From: Epiperipatus broadwayi
Taxonomy: Eukaryota > Animalia > Onychophora
Reading direction: 5' to 3'
DNA: 64,000 nt
NCBI GenBank assembly: GCA_028023455.1
Contig: JAQFVV010000010.1
Location: forward strand, 3,100,001-3,164,000
Shown here: piece after piece, positions 53,019 through 64,000 of the stretch
Layout: each line of letters starts with the position of its first letter
Position numbering within the stretch: position 1 is the first letter of the stretch
The notes under the pieces: model-generated
The model's database searches: none
Seen by the model: the letters and a program-made list of their open reading frames with translations, nothing else
Told to the model about the DNA's origin: nothing
Position numbers and translations under genes: made by a program

Positions 53019-53949
53019 GCATATTTGATGAAAATATTATTTCTATTAGATTATAAACTATAACTTAAGTATAAAAAAACAATAAAGCCTTTAAATAGCT
53101 TACAGCAGGATAAATATTTCTCTAGCCATATCATAAAGGAATAATGAAAAATAAGCCTTTACCAGGCTTATGATTTCAGTGATTTTTACATCCTTGTTTA
53201 TTCTCTATCTAAAAATAGCTAGATAGCCATTTTACAACAAATATTGAATTATTAACTCAGTAGAATACCTGGAAAAAAAAATTCTAAACTTGATTGGAAC
53301 TTTAACCATTTTTTCTAAGATTTACTAAGCTGAATTCACAATAACATCTGCAATTTTTTTCTATTGTTGAAAAATTTCAAATATATCAAAGTTTAAAATG
53401 GTAACATTTTAAACTTTGAATACTACCACAGGAATTATTCTATACAATTTCATATCTTTGCATAAGATGCCCAGTTTGATTGAAATATAATTTATAGTCT
53501 GGTTTTCCATTGTGACATAGTAACTTGAAATCTATTTGCCTAAACATTTACTGTTAACAATTATAATACAGTTCTTATTTTCTGGCTTATTTGTGCAAAT
53601 TCAAGCAATAAATAAATTAAAAGTTCTAAATAATTCATTATCTTTTCAAGCTAAGCTTTGCATAGCACTTCATGTCATATTATATTGTTGTTATTTATTG
53701 ATGTATATTATACATTTACTTAGCAAATGCCATATTTACTTTTTTTTTTATCAAGTACTTATATGAATCTCTTCAATAAATACTTAAATGATTTTGAATC
53801 TTTTTTTTTTAATAAATTTGAAATTATATTTTAATTAACCATTGATATAGATTTTATATAAATAACATCTAAATTGGTTATTCATCAAATATATTATTTC
53901 AATACAATTGGTATCTATTTATTCATATGCAAAAAAAAACCTATAGCGT

Positions 53950-53982
53950 ATAACAGGAACTGGGTTCAAACTCTGTTACAAA
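53950..53982 (+). repeat. Short tRNA B-box-like SINE fragment (related copy 58812-58843, minus)
   Basis: taacaggaactgggttcaaactctgttac versus reverse complement taacaggaaccaggtttgaatcctgctac. Confidence 0.4.
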
Positions 53983-55158
53983 AGAAGGGAAAGTGGCTAG
54001 GAAAGGTTTTTTTTTTTTTCTTCATTCGTGTGTTATTATTGTTATTACTTTTCATGTTTTATTTATTAATTGCGAGAAAACTCACAGACAAGTACACATA
54101 TTTGCTGGAATATGAAAGAGTGGCAGTAGTTAGGGGCTAATCTCATTAATGGCATATATGTATATAGATGAGTTTTATTTTAAAAGAATTTTAAAATCAT
54201 GTAAAAAAGTTTTGATTTTTTTTTTTTTTTGTCATTTGTGGCGGTCTCAGAGATTAATTAGCCAAATGTTTTTTTTTATTTTCAGAAACAGATGGAACTA
54301 ATTTTTGTTTTACTATTTTGTTCTATTTAAATAAATTGATTTTATTTTAAATATTTGGACATTGTTAAATTATTTTTAATTAAAGAAGAAAAAGAAGCAA
54401 AGGAATATGGAATGTACTGTATAAATTATTTTTTTTTGCTTTCTTTTGTCCAATTTCTAATTAAACAAGGGAAAGTGAATCACAAAGTTAAAGATAAGAA
54501 AAATAGAGAAAAATTGATACAGCTAAGTGGTTCTTCTTTTGTTGTGTTTTGAGAACAAAGAAGGAAATTAGAAAAAGGAATTAATTAATTAGTCAACCGA
54601 GGTTTTTAGGCAGTACGTTTTTATCAATTGGTCGATGACATTGCAAGGAGAAAAATTAATAAACTTACGGTGAAAAAGAGAAGGACATGAAACAGGCTGT
54701 CGTTATGGTCCTCTCATTACTGTACAAGGAAGTTTAAACTGAAAATAAAACTTCGCAAGAAAAACCTCATGGATCACATAGGGTAGAGTTCTAATTGTGT
54801 TGGTGTTCATATTTATGCCTTCCGTTTTCTTTCCCTTCTGTACCATAAAGGTCCAGTTTGACATTTTCTAGCCCAAGTCATACCATCATCAACCCAATAA
54901 CTGAATCTAGTGTATTATGTTTGCCATGCTTGGAAATCGTGAGAAAGAAAGCAAGTGAAAATGTTGTTCTGAGATGGACTCAATTACTGGAATACACAAG
55001 GAGAAATGATGGATGCTAAGCCCTGCAGACGCCAGGTCCCGGAGTCATAAGATGACAAGTGTACTCAGAGACAGATCTATATATCTTATTTCTTGGATAA
55101 ATATCAGTAAATATAAAGCTGTATAATTCTTAACTCACAAACTCTAACTAAATCAAGC

Positions 55159-55561
55159 TGTGTCGCAATATTTATATATATATATTTTGTTGTGTTTACG
55201 TATATTTCTTTTATCTTTGTAATTGTAATTAATAAGAATCATAATGTTTTATCTTATACATGATTTATGCCACGTTATTCAAATGATGAATAATAATCAT
55301 TTCTCAAATTAAAAAATTAAAATAGTTTTTTTTTTCTTAATTTCAATTCCCTATGTTGCGCCTTACTTGTTTACATTATCATTAGATTAAGCAATATATT
55401 GTGTATGTGTGGGTGTGCGTCTAATGAATAATTGAGTTTAGCCAAGTTAGATGGGTGTGGAAAAGGTTAATCGTCTCAGTTTCGGCTATATTGGGAATCT
55501 AATTAAATGAGTAGTTATAAAAAAAAAGAGTGCTTATTTAAAAGTCAGATTACTTATCACA
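55159..55561. mobile_element. Possible solo LTR
   Basis: TGTG...CACA termini, composition similar to 61591-62017; no TSD seen. Confidence 0.3.
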
Positions 55562-56939
55562 TCTTTGTCATGTTCGCTACCACCCCCTGAGCCCAAGCTA
55601 GTTTACGATGGGCATAAATTGATATTGCTGAGTCAGACAAATCACTGGCAGATCCTGTGATTCTTGATAACAAGCAGGATTGATGCGTGGTAACAAAAAA
55701 AAAAAACTGTTGACCATAAACATAGTATCTACGAAGAGAGGAAATATACAATGGGGAAGGATAAATTTACCCAAGATTACCACTGCATATATGATACATT
55801 TATGGCTGGTTTTCTTCCCCTACCTTTAGAATGATCCATCAATGGGGAAAACTTCGATAGAAAGATGAATGATCCATAACCTAGGAAAACTTTGCATGGG
55901 GAAAAGGTGGAAAAAAAACAACTATAAAAGTATATGTAGGTAAATAATAACCAATAGAATTTGTTTGTATTGATGTGATTTTCTGACTGCAGATCAATTC
56001 CAACCAATAAAATAAACATTGGAGTATTACAAACGAATTAAATAATTATTTTTATGTTATAATAACTTTAATAAAGTTTAAATAGATCTATAACTTTATT
56101 TACTTGCCTGATAAAATATGCATCTCATCACCTTGATATTATACTTTCTGGAAATTCTTGCCAATTCATATGATTGTAGACTCATTTAAAATTAAATGAA
56201 ATATAATAATTTATAATCTAATAAACAATGATTAATAATCATTTAAGAATTTATTTTATTGATAGGTGAAAGTTATAAATCTTAATATTATAATGAATAT
56301 CTATCTTCTTACTTTTATTATATTTAATTTTCAATAATAATAATTTACATAAATTTAAAACACTGTTACACAAGTAGAGGAGTTTATATGGTCAATATTT
56401 TTACATATTAACCATACCAATGGTCAGACCAAGGTTGTCTATATATACATAAACCATGGTCACTTTTCAAGACTGTTGCACTCACTCCATAACTGTTAGA
56501 AGCAAAATATCTTTCCTGTGGATACTTTTATTTATACTGGAGATAAATTTCCTTGGGCAACATCCAGCCAATTCGACTGGAATATCTACAAAAGGTTTTA
56601 AATACCTCAAGCAATTGATTCCAAGGCTAGTCCAAATAAACAAGAACTTACCCACCTTAGGTTATCAGACAATGCATATTTAAGCACGTACAATATAGTC
56701 GATAAATTTTATCTTAATTAAGGTAAGGAGAGAGAGAATTTAAACCAATTAATAATTTAAAACAACATATTTATTTTTAAAAAAAAACATAACAAGAATA
56801 AAAAATAAAATTAAGTCACACTAAATTACAGAGTTAGTTTACTTTAACTAGGTAGTAAGAATTTATCATTTCTAATTTTACAAAAGTTTATTAAGAGAAT
56901 GAAATCTTATTCCTGTATACCATTTTAAATCTAGACTTT

Positions 56940-57200
56940 GAATTATTTTCTTATATTGACTTAAGTTTTGTGGTACTTTTCTTGAATGATCACTTCTGTC
57001 TTCTTGGCAGCTTATGCAGTTTGTCACTGGTATTCTTGAACAGGTTTTCCATTTTTTTTAATGACTTGTCATTTTTTTCTGGGATAGCACATTTCTGCGT
57101 GGCTTTGTTCAGTAGTAGTCTTTGATAATGATGGGTATATGTCGGAGCAATGGCTGATCAAGGATATTTGTCACATTTCAGGCTAAAGTATAGGAACTGA
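56940..57200 (-). mobile_element. Possible piggyBac transposase C-terminal relic
   Basis: Frameshifted HIP...KPRR...YQ(C)..C...F..YH pattern of the cysteine-rich domain. Confidence 0.3.
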
Positions 57201-58089
57201 GTGATGAAAACAGAATGAATACTCCTTTGTGAGTTTAACATAGCATGGTGATGTTGTGGTCTTTATAAATAGCTGTACATTGCTGAAGTATGAGCTAGTT
57301 GTTCTCAGAAAAGGAGTTCACAAAATTCGTTTCCATATTTAAATTGTCAATGGGAGAATCTATATATAATGACTTTACTACATGTCGTATTACTCATGAA
57401 TCAGATCACATAGATGAGCATCATGCACTAGCAGTTATCTATTCATCATTATTTAATAACAGTCGTATTTTAGATGTTATAAACATTTAGTATTTAGAGT
57501 GCACATACCACTATTTTGAACTCCAAGGACCACCCAAAAATCACCTTTTATTCTCATAACCCCCAAAAAGAAACAATTTAACTAACACCTTCTTGATTTC
57601 TGGCCATATGGATTTAGCCTATGTTTGCACATATATGTATTGTTTAAGGAAGTACTTATTAACTAGAAAATAATTACTTCATAAGTATTATGAGAAGAAA
57701 CATACATAGATTTTTTTTATTCAATGACCTTTAATAAGGTTGACAAAGATAAGATAACAACATAAATTAATGTAATAATTATACATAGATTCTCTCCTTC
57801 TTATACTAAAAGAAGTTTAATAACCAAAAAAAAATTTACCACAAAAATACTTTTATTGCCATGATAAAGTTAATATACCTCAGTAAGCATATGTTTAAAC
57901 CAATGGCTATGTACATTGTCCTGAATAGTTCATTCTCTCTGTGCAATCTTTGTTTTAATGATCATAGAGAAGATTTCCAGTAAGGTTAAACTGAAGTCCT
58001 TGGGGCACTGATTTACAGTGATTGGCAGATGGCAGGATTTCTACTGGTTTACATTCACCGGATACTGGGTAGGAATCCAACGTGTTTAA

Positions 58090-58170
58090 ACTTTATCCCA
58101 ACCTACTCATGTCACTTATCCTTTCAGCATATGGTTTTTGCTCATTTGTCAGCTTGGCAAGTTTTTTTTT
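58090..58170 (-). pseudogene. Possible BESS-motif relic (Harbinger/MADF-type accessory protein)
   Basis: KLAKLTNEQKPYAERISDM resembles BESS motif consensus. Confidence 0.25.
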
Positions 58171-61100
58171 TTTTTTTTACCTTTTTTAATATTCCCCAGC
58201 CTACCTGAATGCCCCGAATTTGTTTCTCAACTTTTTTTCTCGAATCTTCTTTTTTTACATTAAGTTTGTTTTAACTAATTACATAAAATATCTTGGGTCA
58301 CAATCAATCATTTTTAATTATCGATAACATCTTAATTTTATTGAAATTCCTACTATTTATCAATTCATCTTAAAACAAATTCTGATCTCTGTCTAGCTTG
58401 ACCAAAACTATTTTTATACATTCATATCTGCTTTTCCTTGTCCATTACAAAATTTGAACAAAAGAAAACCTTTTATCGTGAGTATGGAATTTTTAAGAAT
58501 TTGGAGAAACAAAGGAGAAAGATTGATCCAAAAAAATTTTTTTTAAATATACAGGGATCGTATTTATCTCCAAATTCTAGATTCCTTACAGTGATAATAT
58601 AAAAAAAAATTTTATTCAATTGTTGTCAAAATTAAAATTTATATATATATAAAAAAAACAAATCATTCTTTTTAATTTTACTGTCTTTTCACAATATTTT
58701 TAATCACAAAATACACATATACTTTTATATATATATATCTGTTGGCCATATAATGATTCCCTGTAGACGTGCTGGACCTAAACGAAGGCTTTATGAGAGA
58801 TAGTTTAACTTTGTAGCAGGATTCAAACCTGGTTCCTGTTACAATATAAAAAACATTTTATTTTTTTATAATAGGGTATTTATATTTATTGTGTGTATTG
58901 CGATTTTGAAGGAGATTGTTGAGTAATTGAAGCTATTAGCTATTTTGAAAATGTAATATAATAAAATATTTCATTGTGTAAAGAGCTTAAAAGAAGTATT
59001 ATTGTTTATTTATATTAGTAATGGTCTTATTCATCAATAATTAGCTGCTGTTAATGAATCATAATTTTAAAAAAATTAATAAATTCTCTTGAATAGATCA
59101 TACATTAGCATGCCTTGATATTAAAATAATAATGACATTTTAAAAAAAGATTCTATCTTATATATATATTGTTAGAAAATTTGGTGTTTGTTCTTTAGAA
59201 GTAACTATTACATATAAAAAGCTTCAATAACTATTGAACATTAAAATTGTCAATTTAGATTTTTATGCTGACTAGATAACTAAGGTATGAAATTCTAATG
59301 TGGAGGGTATTGTGGATATGAACAATTATTGGAATCACTAAAATATTCTCTAATGAAAATGTTTTTTTTTGGGGGGACTTTATTAAAAGAAAACATGGCA
59401 TTCTCTGGTATGCTAAATAATAAAATAATTCATAAGCTTTGGCTTTAAAAACAGAATTTCAATCACTGAAAAGAAGACTTAAGAATAATTAATGTATATA
59501 TAAAAAGTGCAATAATGATTATGATCACTTTAGATTTTTTCAGGCATTTTGAAAGTAACATATCAAACTGAAAAATGACATGGATGAAGAGTATAACTAA
59601 CTGCATTTAATAATATATCCATCAAGTCAATTTATTTGGAGTTTTATGGAGCTAACAGTTCTTTGTAATCCTCCAAACAGTTTTCAAGTCCTGGTAAGTA
59701 GGATTCTTGAAGAATTTTTTAAATATGCTGATATTAGTTACAATTATCAGGAAATTTTCAAATTTTGTTTTAGTCAGCTATCAGTTTGAGAATTTGGATC
59801 AGTTAATATATTGTAACAGATTGGGTTTTGGGCTTGCATATTTGTATAATTAATAAGTATACAGAGTGGGTGAGAAAGTGTATTTAGGGTTTCTAAACTT
59901 CTAACTACCTTGATCTCAATCTTTGGAGGCATTGTGTTTGCATATAAACATTTATCAGATACCTCCATATGCACTCGTACTTCTCCATCCCTAAATTCCA
60001 TTTATCCCAGAATTCGAGCTCAAGGAGAATATGCACAATATTCTACAAGAAATATATTACAATTTTTATTGCATCAAGTGTGTGGAAAATTGATAAATAA
60101 ATAAAGAAAAACATAAATGACCGACTTTAATTTGAAATTTTTTTTACACATTTATTCTCATTTGTTACATTTTATTCAACATGAAACCATAAACGATAGC
60201 AATTAATTTGTTTAGATATTTATGACTATTCTTTGATCAATACTGTCAATATTCATTAATCCAACCCTCTGTTCCCCCTCAAAGAATAATCATTCGATAT
60301 CAATATTGTATAGTAAAAAAAAAAAAATTAAACTTATTGCTATATATATATATAATTGCTTCCTAATTTAAAATTTAGTATAATTATTACCTTTGCTAGC
60401 GTGATAGTGGTTTCAGATCCTTCTATTATGATTTATTTCTACTATGATAGCAAAGACCATTCATGCTAGAAGTTTTTTATATATACTGAAAAACAAGTAA
60501 ATATTAAAATGGTTAGTATCAATACCCAAACAATAAATAATATAACTGTACAAGTGTTAGTGTTTAATGTTGGACAATACAGTCTTACTCTAACCCTGGT
60601 GAAATCAAATTCATCCGCAAGCAAACTCATGTCTGACTCTATATTTTATTTCAACTTAGAATTAAGTTAGTAATATTTTCCCCCTTTCTAACATATCAAG
60701 AATATACATTCCATTAATCTATTGTAAGGGGAAAAAATAAAATAAAAATACATAAAATTAATTGTATGATGTCAACTGAAGAGATATCAAGAGTCCATAA
60801 AGAAAAATGTCCTAAAGCTTATGCATGTCCTTATTTCCATTATTCATAATCCAATTGATTGGGTTTGAATATCTTGGAACATACATAATAGTGATCCAAA
60901 TTTTTTTCCCACACAGTGTACTTTGAATTGTTAAGTTCACATGTTTAGATCCAAGTAGTAAAGTTTGGTATTGCCTTCAGCATAGGTGGATAGATGCTGC
61001 TTCGAGTTGAATTCAGTTTTGGCTGTTACAGCTTTATGGCTGTCAAATCTCTTCCCACAAGATAACTTTGTACTTAGCCATGCATGATGGTATGCATATT

Positions 61101-61590
61101 TATCTAAGTAGTTAATTAGAGTCCTTGAATTTGTTGGACAGCTAGATGTTTTCTCTTTGGAATCTCAAGTTAGGGTTGGTATAATTCTCTGGCTAAAGAT
61201 TGAAAATGTTTTAAATAAATTTAAGCTAGTTCTGGAATTTCTAATTTAAAATCCCTTAGTTCACCAACTTCAAATTCATTGGCTCTTATTTTAGCTCATT
61301 CATCTTCAATGGAATCTTGTAGCTTGAGATTTTACTTTGATGGCTGCCAACCTTAGCCTCTGAATGTCAAGTGCGATCACGGCTTCCAAAATATACATGT
61401 TGGTAAGTCAACAAGAATTTTTTTCTCTCTTCCTCAAAAAGAAGGGTTGATTGCATATATCTACTGTCAATCACCAAAATGAGATTGCTCTTTTTTTTAG
61501 TGTTGGATTAATTATTTTAAAATAGCGAGTTTGCTATCAAGTGAGGACTTGATTATTTATGTCATATGTTACGATATATATATATATATC

Positions 61591-64000
61591 TGTGGTAAAT
61601 TAATAATAATAAAAATTTATTTATTATTTCCTTAACGTTTTTATGATTTTATTGATTGCGTCTAAATTTGATCTTTTTTTTTTCTTGTATTGCTATATAT
61701 GTACATCAAACAATAGTTCACGAAAGGTTTTGTAATAAGGGTCTGTATAAATATTTGAGTTTTACACGTTTAGTTTGGATTATGGATTTTATCACACATT
61801 TGTTTATCTTTTAATCATATTAATAATTAAATATTTTCTCATTTAAAATGTTGTGAACATTTTTATTTTCAGGAATATGTTTTAATTGGGTTACATTCTA
61901 TATATATATATAATCTATGGTACGTTATATATCAAGAATGTTGTTATGGTGGGTATTGGTGTTAAAGTAGATATGGGTGTTTAATGGTTTTGCTAGGATG
62001 TAGAATCACATCTTACGTATCCCTCCCTAAAAGAGGTTAAAAATAAAAACCATATCTTTAATTCCTCATTCATTCCCTATATCTTTTGAAGAGGTAATCT
62101 AAGATATATTGACTGAGTCATATTTTTCATGGAGTTCATTACCTATCATTAGGGATTATTGTCTTTAAATTATTTTTAGGTTTCCTTAATTCCTTTCCCT
62201 AATCAGACTTAGATGTTTGTACATGATGGTGTTGGATTGAAGGTATCTACAATTATCTATCTCCATATTATAAAGAGGTCGTAGCTGTTTAGTGCTTGCA
62301 AATCTAACCATCAATGTAAGTTTCCCTTTAGAGAGCTAATATAATTGATTAAATATATCTGTGTTTAAACATACCTGTCCTGCTCCTTTTATATGAGACT
62401 TAATGGACTTTATCAGTGATATTAGTTAAACAGGTGAGTGTTCATTATTTTCTTAATGTTGTGACTTTTTGGATTAGTCAGTCTTCAATTGAGATAGTCA
62501 TGGTATGGTTCACTATTTTGTTTGGAAACACTTTCCTAAGTGATTTCCAGGATTTTAATTTCTCAAGTGTCATCAAAATTTCATCATCATTTTTTTAAAA
62601 TTCAAATGAAAAAATAATATATTTCAATTTTTCATGATAGGGCTTCAATATTCTAGCGTTTTAGGTTCATTTTGGAACAGCACATTTAATGATGATAAAT
62701 GGGGCCATGTATTTCAGAATTTATGGAAAATGGATTTTTTGGGAATACTAAATACTTTACCTCCAATTTTGAATTGTTAATTTTTATTTTTGCTTCATTT
62801 TTACCATTTTGTGACATGTCTCCATTCGATATTTTTCTTGATCTATGGGTAATTCTACAAGCATAGGCATGAGTTTCTGAAATACAATTCAGGTGTGTTG
62901 ACCCAATTGTAATCTGATGGGTGCGAACTCAGTGGATTCATTTACACTCCAATTTATGTAGTTGATTATGCATTGTGTATGCACCCAACTTTTGTGTTTA
63001 TTCTTTTAAATAAGACCTGAACAAATATCCAAGATCCTGCATTACATATTGATATGGGTTTGACTGTGGATTTTTAATAAAGGTTAGCATGTGTTTTATT
63101 TGATGTTTTTCTACCCATTTGGTCCATTTTTTGGCTGGGAAAGGTGTACCATCATCGGCTATTATCCCTGGTTTTTATATCTCTAAAATGGACCGTATCT
63201 AATACTTTAATAATATGTTTAGTATTAACTTGAAGTATTGGGTATGTTGACATGAATTTTGAAAAGTGATCATAAGCTATTAGCAAGTATTTTTGCTTAT
63301 TAAATGGGGGGTAGTGGATCATAAAAATCCACAGCTAAGATCTCGTTTGGTCTTTCTGGAATGATAGGGTTTACTGAACTAATGTAATTTTTATTACTGG
63401 CTTGACTTTTAAGTATATATGACAACTTTAGTTTCTTTAAAGATGTCTTTGTACATTTTAGACCAGTAAAACCAGTTTTTTAAAGTTTGTTTCAGTTTTA
63501 TGGGCTCCATAACGCTCATATAAACAATGTACATATTGTATAAATGGGCTTTTTAATCTTTTAGGTATCACTACTCTCCACTCATTTTTGGTATTGTTTG
63601 ATTTAAATTTTAATATCTGATTGTCTAGCTTATAATATTTAAGATTATTGGCTTTATACAGAATTTCATCTTTGTTTAATGTTTTAATAATTGCGATCAG
63701 ATCTTTATCTTGGATTTGGAGGTTTTGTATGTTTAGCATATCATTCTCTATATTTTCATTAGTTGCTAAATTAATGTTTAAAATGTGGGCATGATCTACA
63801 GTTAGATGTTGTTGTTCCGATTGGCATTGATTTCAACTTATCATATCAGCTACAAGGTTTTTGGATCCCTTACAGTATTTGACTGTATAATTTAATTCTT
63901 GTAATAACAGACTCCACATGACAAGGTGACTATTGGTTAAGAAGCTATTGTTCAAGAATTCAAGGTATTCTTTATGCTTACACAGAGGCTAAACTCTCCA
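61591..64000 (-). mobile_element. 3' part of a second Ty3/Gypsy element (RNase H end, integrase, PPT, 3' LTR 61591-62017)
   Basis: WSLLLQELNYTVKYCKGSKNLVADMIS; WRVVIPKRL...YVH; PIIPERPNEILAVDFYDPLP; YDHFSKF; IADDGTPF; purine tract AGGGAGGGA before the LTR, which ends ACCACA beside (TA)n. Confidence 0.88.

Noticed and set aside
54990-55075. GUCA/UGAC hairpin followed by GUAC palindrome as another hammerhead
   Set aside because: No recognisable CUGA-like core or GAAA.
55441-55475. LDGCGKG as the NDUFAF5 SAM-binding exon
   Set aside because: Immediately followed by a stop, no suitable splice sites, lies inside a probable LTR.
60750-61450. Minus-strand SIYPP...PNFYYL resembling a Penelope RT finger region
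   Set aside because: Too decayed; no second diagnostic motif.
51555-64000. NDUFAF5 exon 2 and later
   Set aside because: No segment encoding a VG.RIADR..D-like peptide with AG/GT flanks was found; probably beyond the window or missed by eye.
1-64000. Most 60-100 aa ORFs in the supplied track; tRNA, rRNA and CRISPR arrays
   Set aside because: The short ORFs are low-complexity AT-rich frames or antisense shadows of TE ORFs; no full tRNA cloverleaf, rRNA or repeat-spacer array was seen.

Overview
Very AT-rich animal (probably invertebrate) genomic DNA; the species cannot be determined from the sequence. Almost the whole window (1-50967) is the intron-rich 5' half of a minus-strand gephyrin gene. 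I could reconstruct seven GT-AG exons encoding the MogA/Cnx1G-like G domain; the gene runs off the left edge. It sits head-to-head, about 350 bp apart, with exon 1 of a plus-strand NDUFAF5 gene. The introns are packed with mobile DNA: a young, nearly intact Penelope-like element (RT plus GIY-YIG, with an inverted 3' duplicate), two relics of a second Penelope-like family, two Ty3/Gypsy elements, RTE-like LINEs, pogo-type MITEs and other relics. The main unexpected signal is RNA-level. By eye I find at least six distinct families of minimal type I hammerhead-ribozyme motifs, all with a palindromic stem III, in Penelope termini and in non-coding retrozyme-like repeats (one has a tandem monomer of about 450 nt). 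Their cores include canonical CUGAUGA and variants in which the 3-8 pair covaries (U3-A8, A3-U8, U3-G8) or N7 is deleted. One pair of ribozyme repeats brackets an antisense Penelope fragment. No ribozyme activity is demonstrated here; all folds are manual.
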